A program made the position numbers and the translations under genes. A DNA stretch of 64,000 bases from Bacillota bacterium. GTDB taxonomy: Bacteria; Bacillota; Desulfotomaculia; Desulfotomaculales; VENG01. The notes under the pieces were generated by a model that saw only the letters and a list, made by a program, of their open reading frames with translations, did not search any database and was not told the origin of the DNA. Positions 36,750 to 45,974 of this stretch are shown piece by piece. Every line of letters begins with the position of its first letter. The first letter of the stretch is position 1. The stretch lies in NCBI GenBank assembly GCA_009711705.1, contig VENG01000001.1, positions 139,889 through 203,888 of the forward strand, written 5' to 3'.

Positions 36750-37835
36750 TTAATCCCCCATGCAAATTCCTAGTTTGCGGGCTGACTTAATCATATCATT
36801 GTCCTGTTTGACCTGATTCAGTTCTCCGGTAGCTTCCGCCAGTGACACGGAAGAGATTGTGTTGCCCTGCAAGCATACCATGGCGCCGAATTTTTCTCTG
36901 GCCAAAAGGTTAGCTGCCCCGGTACCGTATCTGGTAGCTAAGATTCTATCGAAGGCTGTGGGGGAACCTCCCCTTTGCAAATGACCAAGAACTGTTACCC
37001 GGCTTTCTTTTCCTGTATGCTTTTCAACCTGTTGAGCAATAACATTACCTATTCCGCCCAGGCGAACAGGGTCAAAACTGTCTTCGACAGTTTTTTGCAC
37101 AACCATTTCGCCATCCTCAGGCTTAGCTCCTTCCGCCACAACCACTATGCTAAATTTTTTGTGCTGCTGGCTCCGCTTGTTTATCTTATCTATCACTTTT
37201 TCCAGTTGATAAGGAATCTCAGGTATTAAAATTACATCAGCCCCGCCTGCCAGGCCCGAGGCCAAGGCTATCCAACCGGCATACCTGCCCATAACCTCAA
37301 GTACCATCACCCGGTGGTGAGATTCTGCAGTGGTGTGTAGTTTGTCTATTGCTTCCGTGGCTGTTGCCAAAGCTGTGTCAAAACCGAAAGTTTGATCAGT
37401 GGCTGAAAGGTCGTTATCTATTGTTTTAGGTACACCCACCACCTTTAGCCCCAGGTCGTGCAGTTGCTTGGCAATAGCCAGGCTGCCGTCCCCACCGATA
37501 ACAACCAGAGCCTCCATGTCATGAATACTCATATTTTCGAATACCCTGTCTGATACATCAGCAAATACTTTTTTATCTCCTTTTACCACCGGGTAGTGAA
37601 AGGGATTATCGCGGTTGGTGGTGCCGAGGATTGTACCTCCGCGGGGTAAAATGCCGGTTACGTCTGTAGCTGTTAATTCCCTTATCCGGTTCTGTATAAG
37701 ACCACCAAAACCGTTTTCAATACCCATTACTGTCATCCCGTATTCGCTACAGCAAGTTTTGGTGACAGCTCTAATAACAGCATTTAACCCGGGGGCATCC
37801 CCTCCACCGGTTAGTATACCTATTTTTTTAACCAT
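36750..37835 (-). CDS. pfkA: 6-phosphofructokinase
   Basis: GILTGGGDAPGLNA, GGDGS and PKTIDND motifs. Confidence 0.92.
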   Translation of the reverse strand: MVKKIGILTGGGDAPGLNAVIRAVTKTCCSEYGMTVMGIENGFGGLIQNRIRELTATDVTGILPRGGTILGTTNRDNPFHYPVVKGDKKVFADVSDRVFENMSIHDMEALVVIGGDGSLAIAKQLHDLGLKVVGVPKTIDNDLSATDQTFGFDTALATATEAIDKLHTTAESHHRVMVLEVMGRYAGWIALASGLAGGADVILIPEIPYQLEKVIDKINKRSQQHKKFSIVVVAEGAKPEDGEMVVQKTVEDSFDPVRLGGIGNVIAQQVEKHTGKESRVTVLGHLQRGGSPTAFDRILATRYGTGAANLLAREKFGAMVCLQGNTISSVSLAEATGELNQVKQDNDMIKSARKLGICMGD

Positions 37836-37854
37836 TTTTATCCTCCCTACAGCT

Positions 37855-38619
37855 TTAAATACCTGCTAAAAAGTTGCTGATTAATTTATTGAATTGTTGT
37901 GGTTGTTCCAACATCATCATATGACCGGCTTGTTTAATCATATGCATTTCTGAGTTTAGAATCCGGTTTGCCAGGTATTCTCCATATCTAACCGGAGTTA
38001 ACGAGTCTTCTCCCGCTGAAACAATCAGTGTTTTAGTTTTAATTTCTGTAAGTTTATCCAGCATGTCAAAGTTATTACATGCTGTAAAGTCATTAAAAAA
38101 TACCTTTGGTGAGACAGTTTCCATGTCTTTGCATGTGATGTCCAACAGGTGCTTGGGGGCATCTTTACCGTATAAATAATTAATCAGTTCTCTAAATACA
38201 TTACCCTCTGCAAATGTCTTTAAAATAGCAGGCAAAACCTTTAGACGGGCGCCTGTACCTGCCAAAACCAGTCCTGATAATTTGGCCGGAAAACTATGGG
38301 CAAATTCTTGGGCAATGGCACCACCCATAGAATGTCCGGCTAGAATAAAGGGGCTGCCGATTAGGTGTTCAGAGAAAGTGTGCAGGAAATCCACATATTC
38401 CGATATCATATCGGCGGAATTCCCTTGCGATTGGCCGTGTCCGGGTAAGTCCACTGCTATAGCCAGGTGCTCTTTCCCCAGGCTCTCCAATTGATAGGTC
38501 CAGTGCATATGGTTCCCACCGGCACCATGGATAAATACAATGATGTGTTTGGGGTCCCGATCAGCAGGCAATTTGGCCTCATAGTAATAACGTTTTCGTT
38601 GCATATCTATAAATGGCAT
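37855..38619 (-). CDS. Alpha/beta-fold hydrolase
   Basis: HG oxyanion motif (FIHGAGG) and the nucleophile elbow GHSMGG. Confidence 0.8.
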   Translation of the reverse strand: MPFIDMQRKRYYYEAKLPADRDPKHIIVFIHGAGGNHMHWTYQLESLGKEHLAIAVDLPGHGQSQGNSADMISEYVDFLHTFSEHLIGSPFILAGHSMGGAIAQEFAHSFPAKLSGLVLAGTGARLKVLPAILKTFAEGNVFRELINYLYGKDAPKHLLDITCKDMETVSPKVFFNDFTACNNFDMLDKLTEIKTKTLIVSAGEDSLTPVRYGEYLANRILNSEMHMIKQAGHMMMLEQPQQFNKLISNFLAGI

Positions 38620-38643
38620 AATAGAATCTGCTCCTTTTGAAAA

Positions 38644-38675
38644 AGAAACTACCGGTTATGAGGCCGGTAGTTTCT
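38644..38675 (-). terminator. Intrinsic terminator after the 51-aa ORF
   Basis: 12-bp stem agaaactaccgg/ccggtagtttct followed on the minus strand by UUUUUC. Confidence 0.7.
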
Positions 38676-38686
38676 TTAATCGAATC

Positions 38687-38842
38687 TTAATGATGATGAG
38701 CGTCACAACTTTGAGTGGCGGGTTTATCCGGCTTATCCTCGTACTTTTTCCACATGGCTTGAAAAAAATTTGCTATCACAAGCATACTTGTGGTGGTAAC
38801 GATTCCGAACACCACTGCCTGCCACCAAGTATCAAAGAACAT
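38687..38842 (-). CDS. Unannotated 51-aa single-TM protein with the C-terminal tail CDAHHH
   Basis: AAGGAGGA RBS ~7 nt before ATG. Sequence is MFFDTWWQAVVFGIVTTTSMLVIANFFQAMWKKYEDKPDKPATQSCDAHHH. It lies 33 nt after the UPF0182 stop and a terminator follows. Confidence 0.6.
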   Translation of the reverse strand: MFFDTWWQAVVFGIVTTTSMLVIANFFQAMWKKYEDKPDKPATQSCDAHHH

Positions 38843-38875
38843 AGCTTTTTCCTCCTTTATGTTCTTTTTATTTAA

Positions 38876-41623
38876 TTACTCCATACTACCTTGTGTTGAA
38901 AGTTTTTGCAATACATCTTTAAGCTCATCCATGGTTTCACCGTAACCGGTGAAATCTCCGCTCTTAAGCCTGTCTTGCGCTGTGTTATAAAGCCGGTTGG
39001 CCTTATCGATTAATTCACGGTTTGTTTCCACGGTCCCATCTGCCGGTGGTTTCTCTTCTTGAGGCGGCTTTGGAGCGTCGGTGTCTTTACCGAATATCCT
39101 TTGCAATGATAAGTCCAGGGTTGGCTCCATAACCACTTCATTACCGTGGGCCACTATTACGCGGCGCAACTCGGGCATTCTGCTTTGATCGGACTGAAGG
39201 TAAATAGGTTCCACATAAAGCAGTGCGTCCTCCACCGGAATAACCAAAAGGTTCCCTCTGATTACGGAAGAGCCCCTCTGGTCCCACAAAGTTAGTTGCT
39301 CAGAAATAGTAGTGTCTTGGTTAATCCTGGCCTCAATTTGCATGGGACCATATACCAATTCTTGTTTAGGGAATTGGTAAGAAAGTAAGTTGCCGTAATT
39401 CTCCCCGTCCGATCGGGCGGCAAGCCAGGCAATCATGTTGTTCTTATCTTGGGGGGTGTAGGGCATTATGAGTACGTACTCTGGTTGCTCTTCCCCTGGC
39501 AATCTGGTCATAGTGTAATAGGGTTCCATAGCTTGTTCCTCGCCGCGGTATTGCTCGGTGGGCATATTCCATCTATCTTCTTTATTATAAAACATCTCTG
39601 GGTTGGTCATATGATATAGGGAGAATTTTTCAGCCTGTACCATAAACATGTCCACCGGGTACCTAATATGATTTTGTAGATCATCCGGCATCTCAGATAA
39701 AGGTACGAACAGGTCCTTAAAGATGCTTTGATACGTTTGCAAAACCGGCTCGGATGCATCAGCGGCATAAAAGGTAACATCACCGCTATAAGCATCAACT
39801 ACAACCTTAACCGAATTGCGAATATAGTTATCACGGCCGTTAAACGGCTCTGAATAAGGAAACATATTTGTGGTGGTATATGCGTCCCACATCCAGTACT
39901 GTTTGCCTTCACTTATAACCAGGTAGGGATCGCCGTCATACTTTAAAAAAGGTGCAATACGGGGAACCCTTTCTCTTATATTACGGCGGAATAAAATCTG
40001 GCTGTCGGGCTGTACGTCAGAAGCCAGTATGAGCCTGTAATCGCCAAAAGCCAGCGCGAAGACTCCTTTTCTGAAAAAGGAATTAACCGTTACCCCACTT
40101 TTACCTTCGTACATGGTTGACGCATTTTCATTTCCACTGATGGGATAATCAAATTCTTTGGTAGCAGTATTTACAATAACATAACTGTCGGTGGACTCAC
40201 CATAATAAATCTCGGGCCTGTCTACCTTAAGGTCTGTATTTCCTGTTGGCGGAATGTTTTTTAAAAGGAATGCCGGCATACCTTCACCGGTGATTTCGTT
40301 GACAGGGCTCACGGCCACCCCGTAGCCATGTGTATATTTTAGGCGCTGGTTAATCCATGTCTGAGCTTGGCCCGTCAGTTTACTCTGGTCCATTTCTCTT
40401 GCCGCCAGCATTACCTGCCGGTAATTACCGTCAACTACGTACCGGTCAATATCTATATTTTTAAAATCATAATAGGGCCGCATTCCCTGAAGTTGCTTGT
40501 AAGTATCACTCAGCGGTCTCCAATCCCACAAGCGTATATTATTGATTGTTTCGGGATTTTCGTCAATCTGTTCTTTACTGAGTACCTGTCCTGCCGGGAA
40601 AGGCTTTTGTTCAATTCTATTTAAGTTATAAGCATAACGGGTAAACTCAATGCTGTTTTCAATATATGGGGTTTCTTTGACCAATTCATTGGGCGAAACA
40701 ATTAATTTTTGAATAGCTGCGGGATAAACACTGCCGATTAAAATAGATACAACCAACAAACCGCCTATGCTATAAACAACCATTTTGAATCGGCGCATAA
40801 AAATATTTACAAGTATCACCACGGCTGTTAAAAGAGCAATGACCATTAATATTTTCAAACTCAACAGCCGGGCATGGATATCAGTATAACCTGGTCCGAA
40901 AACAGCGCCCTCGGCAGAAAACATGAGGTAATACTGCTGTAGTTTGTAGCCCCATGCTTTAATCAAGAAAAATACGGCGGCCAGGGCTGAAAGGTGATAT
41001 CGTGCCGCAACTGAATTAAAAATCCTGGTAAGCCCGCCCCGGGTGGAATCACTGAATAGGTAAATAGCGGCCACGGCGATTGCGGACAAAAAAGTTACCC
41101 ACATCAAAATCTGGTAAATAAACTGGTAGAAAGGTAGTTTGAAGCTGTAAAAACCAGCATCTTTGCCGAATATGGGATCCGCTATACCAAAGGAAGCTGC
41201 ATTCAGGTATTGCTGCAAAATAATCCAATTATCTTTAACGGCAGTGCTGATTAGTAACGCAAGTACCAAACTTCCAACGATATAAATTAAGGTCACAATC
41301 CTCGGCGTAATAAATTCTCCCAGTGGTGATGGGCGTAGTGTAATTATTCCGTCGTCTTCCTGCTGCCTGGATGCATTTATTGCTTCCAGCAGAGGTTTGC
41401 GGGTCATGAGCAGGTTGATCAGTAATCCTAAAAAGATAAAGGTTGCTGTTGCCACCCGCAGTCCTAGGTCCGAGAGTAAAACGGTGTAAAACACTGAGCT
41501 GTAGCCTACGGACTTGAACCATAACAAGTCCACATACAGGCCCACACCCCATTTGAAAAAGCTAATAACTAGAACAGCTAGAACAGCAATAATGGTAAAT
41601 ATTCTACGCGGGTTTTTCTGCAA
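38876..41623 (-). CDS. UPF0182-family large membrane protein
   Basis: 915 aa with a TTG start, ~7 N-terminal TMs and a large extracytoplasmic domain. Family assignment is from memory. Confidence 0.7.
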   Translation of the reverse strand: MQKNPRRIFTIIAVLAVLVISFFKWGVGLYVDLLWFKSVGYSSVFYTVLLSDLGLRVATATFIFLGLLINLLMTRKPLLEAINASRQQEDDGIITLRPSPLGEFITPRIVTLIYIVGSLVLALLISTAVKDNWIILQQYLNAASFGIADPIFGKDAGFYSFKLPFYQFIYQILMWVTFLSAIAVAAIYLFSDSTRGGLTRIFNSVAARYHLSALAAVFFLIKAWGYKLQQYYLMFSAEGAVFGPGYTDIHARLLSLKILMVIALLTAVVILVNIFMRRFKMVVYSIGGLLVVSILIGSVYPAAIQKLIVSPNELVKETPYIENSIEFTRYAYNLNRIEQKPFPAGQVLSKEQIDENPETINNIRLWDWRPLSDTYKQLQGMRPYYDFKNIDIDRYVVDGNYRQVMLAAREMDQSKLTGQAQTWINQRLKYTHGYGVAVSPVNEITGEGMPAFLLKNIPPTGNTDLKVDRPEIYYGESTDSYVIVNTATKEFDYPISGNENASTMYEGKSGVTVNSFFRKGVFALAFGDYRLILASDVQPDSQILFRRNIRERVPRIAPFLKYDGDPYLVISEGKQYWMWDAYTTTNMFPYSEPFNGRDNYIRNSVKVVVDAYSGDVTFYAADASEPVLQTYQSIFKDLFVPLSEMPDDLQNHIRYPVDMFMVQAEKFSLYHMTNPEMFYNKEDRWNMPTEQYRGEEQAMEPYYTMTRLPGEEQPEYVLIMPYTPQDKNNMIAWLAARSDGENYGNLLSYQFPKQELVYGPMQIEARINQDTTISEQLTLWDQRGSSVIRGNLLVIPVEDALLYVEPIYLQSDQSRMPELRRVIVAHGNEVVMEPTLDLSLQRIFGKDTDAPKPPQEEKPPADGTVETNRELIDKANRLYNTAQDRLKSGDFTGYGETMDELKDVLQKLSTQGSME

Positions 41624-41672
41624 TTAAAAAATACCTCCTATTGGCCCCTAAGGCTACCTAAGCCAGCGCAAA

Positions 41673-41843
41673 TTACATGGGCTTGGCAGGTTTTTGCGCG
41701 TCGTCAGATTCTTTTCTTATTTTGGCCATGCAACGCTGACAGAATGACGGCGCTTTTTGGGGGATATCCTCATCCTCTTCATCCTTATTCTTCCATTCCT
41801 GCTCTTCTATTATTCGTCCGCACATTAAGCAACGATTTGCCAT
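41673..41843 (-). CDS. Unannotated 56-aa zinc-ribbon protein (CxxC...CxxC)
   Basis: GGAGGTG RBS. Sequence is MANRCLMCGRIIEEQEWKNKDEEDEDIPQKAPSFCQRCMAKIRKESDDAQKPAKPM. It ends 49 nt upstream of the UPF0182 start. Confidence 0.6.
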   Translation of the reverse strand: MANRCLMCGRIIEEQEWKNKDEEDEDIPQKAPSFCQRCMAKIRKESDDAQKPAKPM

Positions 41844-41977
41844 TTGCTACACCTCCGTTAAAATGCTGAGTAGTATTTTTGTGTAATCTATATATTTCGC
41901 TTTTTACTGGTGAATTCCTGCACTAACAGTTCACTAAAGTTGTAAGCCCCAGCATTTTCGAGAGGTTTTTTAATTAA

Positions 41978-43003
41978 TCAGCCGGCAAAATCCCTCTTTA
42001 TGTCCTCTGCCAGGTTTTCAGGCAGCATAACAGTCCAAGGGTCATCGTGAAGTACCTGCATGTGGGTTATATCACTGCCGACGAGAGGAAATATCGTAAA
42101 GCGTCCCACCATGCGTATCATCAAAGAAAAACTCTTATCCTCCCGCATTCCGAAATACAGTGCACCGTTAAAGGAGGGCATGTTAATGCGGTCATAATAA
42201 TGTGTTATTTTAACTATTCCCTGCGCAATTTGCTCCAGGTCATCCTCATCTAGATCCCAAATGCTGCTTTTGCCTGGTAAAATACCGGTAACGTCGGCCA
42301 CGTGCCGCGGGGCATAGGTGGCCATCCAGTGTACATTGCCTGTTTGCCCCAGATAACGTTCTCCTTCCTTCTGTTCTGCCTCTATTAATTGATTAAAATA
42401 ATTATTACCGTTTTGGTCAAAGTATTTATTTGCAGCTGAGTAAATTTCCTGGTCATAAGTACCCGGCTTTGGCCCCGCCAGAACTTGCAAGTGGGGATGA
42501 ATTAATGAGCCTCCGGCATACGGCATGTAATTCCAATTCAGCGAAGAATAGCTTGCACCTTCGGGATCGTATTTTTGAGCAATTTGCAGGTACTCCAGGG
42601 ATGCTTTAAAACTCTCCACAATCATAGAGGTATAAATATCAACCATGGGCACGTAATGTTCTTTGCACATGACCACTACAGATGCGTATTTCTCATAGGG
42701 ATGCAGGTTAGGTACGGCTACAGCATTACCCACCCGGACATGCCCCTGTGGATAAAAGTCTGATGTAAAACGCGGAGTGGCCTTGTCCAAGCTTTCCGGA
42801 CAGAAGGGGCAAAACTGCTGGCGCGATTTTTCCACGAAAGGCTCCCAGTCGTGGCGGTGAAGGTTCAGGCGCCGAAAGGGAAACACCCTTGATATGTGGC
42901 CGGTTAAAGGATCATACCTAACTTCACTGGTTACAGACTTCTCACCCTTTTTAGGGTCAATAAAGAAACTTTTGTTTAAATCACGGCGAAATTCAACGGT
43001 CAT
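41978..43003 (-). CDS. GalT-like (HIT superfamily branch III) nucleotidyltransferase/phosphorylase
   Basis: CPFC zinc motif and the HPHLQ active-site motif (GalT HxHxQ). Confidence 0.6.
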   Translation of the reverse strand: MTVEFRRDLNKSFFIDPKKGEKSVTSEVRYDPLTGHISRVFPFRRLNLHRHDWEPFVEKSRQQFCPFCPESLDKATPRFTSDFYPQGHVRVGNAVAVPNLHPYEKYASVVVMCKEHYVPMVDIYTSMIVESFKASLEYLQIAQKYDPEGASYSSLNWNYMPYAGGSLIHPHLQVLAGPKPGTYDQEIYSAANKYFDQNGNNYFNQLIEAEQKEGERYLGQTGNVHWMATYAPRHVADVTGILPGKSSIWDLDEDDLEQIAQGIVKITHYYDRINMPSFNGALYFGMREDKSFSLMIRMVGRFTIFPLVGSDITHMQVLHDDPWTVMLPENLAEDIKRDFAG

Positions 43004-43679
43004 TTCGCATAGCCTCCCTTATTATTTCCACTCCTGAACTGGTGCCCAGCCTGTCTGCCCCTGCTTCAAGCATCTTTAGCGCAGTAACTAGGTCCTTAAT
43101 GCCGCCAGAGGCTTTTACCCCTACATCAGAGCCGGTAATTTCTTTTAACAGTTTTATATCCTCCACTTTAGCGCCGGCGGCGGAGAAACCGGTGGATGTC
43201 TTCACAAAATCAACTGAGGCGTTTAAGGCCAATTTGCAGGCCTCAATCTTTTCGTACCGGCTTAAAAGGCAGGTCTCCAGGATAACCTTGGTTACTGTTT
43301 TAGGGTCAATTTCTTTAACGGTTTTTACAACTGCAAACATATCGGCTTCCACTGTTTTGTGGTCTCCATCTTTTAATGCCCCGATGTTAATCACAAAATC
43401 TATTTCCGATGCCCCGTTCCGTATTGCCTGTGCTGCCTCGGCAGCCTTAATGCTGCTAAGGGTTGCCCCGAAGGGAAAACCTATAACTGTGCAGACTCCG
43501 GTGGTCGAACCGGACAGTTTCCGGTAAGCGTGCTGTACATAAAAAGGGTTTATGCATACAGTCTTAAAATTGTATTGCTTGGCCTGGGCGCACACTTCAG
43601 TTATGTGCGCCCGGGTTGCTTCGGGTTTTAGCAGTGTATGGTCAATGGCCAATGCTAAATTTTCGTGGTTGATGTGCAT
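42993..43679 (-). CDS. deoC: Deoxyribose-phosphate aldolase
   Basis: IDHTLLKPEAT and the Schiff-base Lys region VDFVKTSTGF. The start is set to the ATG at 43679, which has an RBS and lies just after the ddl stop. Confidence 0.9.
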   Translation of the reverse strand: MHINHENLALAIDHTLLKPEATRAHITEVCAQAKQYNFKTVCINPFYVQHAYRKLSGSTTGVCTVIGFPFGATLSSIKAAEAAQAIRNGASEIDFVINIGALKDGDHKTVEADMFAVVKTVKEIDPKTVTKVILETCLLSRYEKIEACKLALNASVDFVKTSTGFSAAGAKVEDIKLLKEITGSDVGVKASGGIKDLVTALKMLEAGADRLGTSSGVEIIREAMRNDR

Positions 43680-43680
43680 A

Positions 43681-44622
43681 TTATCGCTCCATAGCAAGAT
43701 TGACAAGCTTTGCAGTTAAATCTTCAAAAGATATACCCGCTGCCCTGGCAGCATCAGGGTATAGACTTGTTTCCGTCATTCCCGGAATGGTATTAACCTC
43801 TAAGATTGTTGATTCCCCATGGCTGTCAACTATAAAATCTACCCGGGCCAGGCCACGGCAACCAAGTGCTTTAAAGGTCTTTACCGCCATCTCTTTGATA
43901 GCTTCCTGTTGCTTATCGGGTATACGCGGTGGCATGATATGGTCGCTAAGTCCTACGGTATATTTGGCTTCATAATCATATACGCCTGAAGCGGAATATA
44001 TTTCTATCAAGGGAAGAGCAACAGGGTCCTCATTGCCTAGGACAGAGGCCGTAACTTCTGTACCCTCTACCATGTCTTCCACCAAAGCAACGGGGTCAAA
44101 TTTAAAGGCTTCCTCTAAAGCGGGCTTAAGTTCTTCTATGTCACGGACGAATGACGTGCCGATGGAGGAACCTTGAGTAGGGGCTTTGACCACCAGTGGC
44201 AGTTTTTGTTTGGCAAGTATTTGCCCGGTTATCTTTTCCTGCCCTTCCTTTTGGTAGCGTTTCTTTTCGATAACTGAGAAAACGGGTGTTGGTAATCCTT
44301 CGTGGGAAAGTATTTTCTTAGTGGCGATCTTGTCAATGGCAAGGGCGCTGGCTAAAACCCCGGAACCGGTATAAGGAATATCCAACATTTCCAAAAGCCC
44401 TTGTATGGTACCGTCTTCACCGAAGCGTCCGTGCAGGGCTATAAACGCCAACTCAATTTCCTTCTCTTTCAATTGTTCTGCGATATCAAAACCCACATCA
44501 ATCTTTTCCGTGGTAAAACCACTACTCACCAGCGCTTGGTAAATTGCTTCCCCGGTGCGTAATGAAACTTCCCTTTCCGCGGACCGTCCTCCCATTAAAA
44601 TACCTATTTTAGGGTTCACCAC
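43681..44622 (-). CDS. ddl: D-alanine--D-alanine ligase
   Basis: N-terminus KIGILMGGRSAEREVSL and an ATP-grasp pattern. 313 aa. Confidence 0.95.
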   Translation of the reverse strand: MVNPKIGILMGGRSAEREVSLRTGEAIYQALVSSGFTTEKIDVGFDIAEQLKEKEIELAFIALHGRFGEDGTIQGLLEMLDIPYTGSGVLASALAIDKIATKKILSHEGLPTPVFSVIEKKRYQKEGQEKITGQILAKQKLPLVVKAPTQGSSIGTSFVRDIEELKPALEEAFKFDPVALVEDMVEGTEVTASVLGNEDPVALPLIEIYSASGVYDYEAKYTVGLSDHIMPPRIPDKQQEAIKEMAVKTFKALGCRGLARVDFIVDSHGESTILEVNTIPGMTETSLYPDAARAAGISFEDLTAKLVNLAMER

Positions 44623-44699
44623 ATCACCTCCAGACTACGTGATAATAATATACTATTCTTATCATTGGATAAAAATCCTTTCCGGACCAGCAATTTCTC

Positions 44700-44728
44700 T
44701 TGACCACGCATAAGCAATCAGTTATAAT
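44700..44728 (+). promoter_or_regulatory. Sigma-A promoter of tRNA-Trp (TTGACC-17-TATAAT)
   Basis: Near-consensus hexamers with a 17-nt spacer, ~40 nt upstream of the tRNA 5' end. Confidence 0.6.
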
Positions 44729-44767
44729 AGTATTTGCATTTACGAAAGGAAAACATGTGATTTATAT

Positions 44768-44843
44768 AGGGGAGTAGCTCAATTGGCAGAGCATCGGTCT
44801 CCAAAACCGAGGGCTGCGGGTTCGATTCCTGTCTCCCCTGCCA
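44768..44843 (+). tRNA. trnW: tRNA-Trp (anticodon CCA), with encoded 3' CCA
   Basis: Cloverleaf folded by hand. Acceptor AGGGGAG/CTCCCCT, anticodon loop CUCCAAA, T-loop GGTTCGATTCC. 76 nt. Confidence 0.93.
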
Positions 44844-44890
44844 GAAAAGATTTTAGCACTACAAGAGTGGCTGAAGTCAAACCTGCTTGG

Positions 44891-44923
44891 AAAGAGTCAG
44901 AGTTTAATTCTGGCTCTTTTTTT
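44891..44923 (+). terminator. Intrinsic terminator after tRNA-Trp
   Basis: agagtcaga...tctggctct stem followed by a T7 run. Confidence 0.7.
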
Positions 44924-45040
44924 GTGCTTCTTAATAAGATAACCCACCTCTATAAATCCTAACTTTTATGTCGTGATAAATCAACAACCAAAGTGAAATC
45001 CATATCTCTTTATAATCAGACTCTTAAAGTGATTGCATAA

Positions 45041-45073
45041 AGACAATTAAAGCCCAGGTGGTGCCCTGGGCTT
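45041..45073 (-). terminator. Terminator-like hairpin downstream of the 45163-45480 gene
   Basis: aagcccagg/cctgggctt stem with a U-rich minus-strand tail. Confidence 0.5.
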
Positions 45074-45162
45074 ATTAATACTGTAAAAAAATATGACTTA
45101 CTATATATTATGACAATGGCTAAGGTGTAAAGCATTAAAAGCGCGCGTCATGCTTGTGCCCG

Positions 45163-45480
45163 TTAGGTAGTAGCACGGTTTACCTTGATGAAAATAACTT
45201 TGTCATTTTCATCCCATTCGGCATTGAATAATCCTCGTGTGTTGATGCCAAAGTGTTTGGTAAATCCTTTACTTTGTAGTTTTCCGTCGGTCAGCTTGAG
45301 ACCACCGGTTTCAACTGGTTTTAATCTGATTGTCTTCTCCTCAGGATCATAAGCAATAGCAACAGTAGATTCACCTAACTTTTCTTGCATGTCAGGGCTT
45401 AAAATAAGGTGTGTTTTAGTTAGTTTTGCTGAGTTAGGCCTAAGCCCCCCTCTTGTAGGATTATACTCAATAAATGCCAT
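45163..45480 (-). CDS. Hypothetical 105-aa protein
   Basis: The ATG at 45480 has a GGGAGGTG RBS. No recognised motifs. It sits in an AT-rich tRNA-adjacent spacer. Confidence 0.5.
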   Translation of the reverse strand: MAFIEYNPTRGGLRPNSAKLTKTHLILSPDMQEKLGESTVAIAYDPEEKTIRLKPVETGGLKLTDGKLQSKGFTKHFGINTRGLFNAEWDENDKVIFIKVNRATT

Positions 45481-45974
45481 CCGAGTATTACACCTCCCGC
45501 GTGATTTTAAATTTAATTTATCATAGTGTAAAGGTAATAGCAAGCCATAGGGCTATAATTAATCTTGAATATTATCGTTAATATTAAATATTTTCATGAT
45601 ATCATCTTGACAAATGTTTTTGATGATCTGTATCAACATTAATTGCAATTATAGAAGGATATAATGACAAATTTCTATGCTTCTTATGTGTAAATGCAAA
45701 TTTGGTTTAATTATAGAATGTTCAGGTATTAATTAATTGTAAGGTGCTCGCACCCGAGTATTGATAATTTAATTAAATGGCTATTTAGATATTGGTTGAT
45801 GAAGCATCCGAAACCTTAGTATAAAAATTGGTTCAATAAATAATCTCTTCATACAAAACCGGCTAATGGGGGACAATATTGCTGATTTCATCTAATGCCA
45901 ATCATAAAGTTAAGGATAGTCTTTTGGGTTCCAACAGGGTTAAGTATTTTTTATAGGGTTTGGGGGTCATCTTA

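Noticed and set aside
44844-45974. tRNA-Trp-adjacent AT-rich region as a prophage or integrative-element remnant
   Set aside because: No integrase or recombinase is present. No direct repeat of the tRNA 3' end was found downstream. Only one small orphan gene is present.
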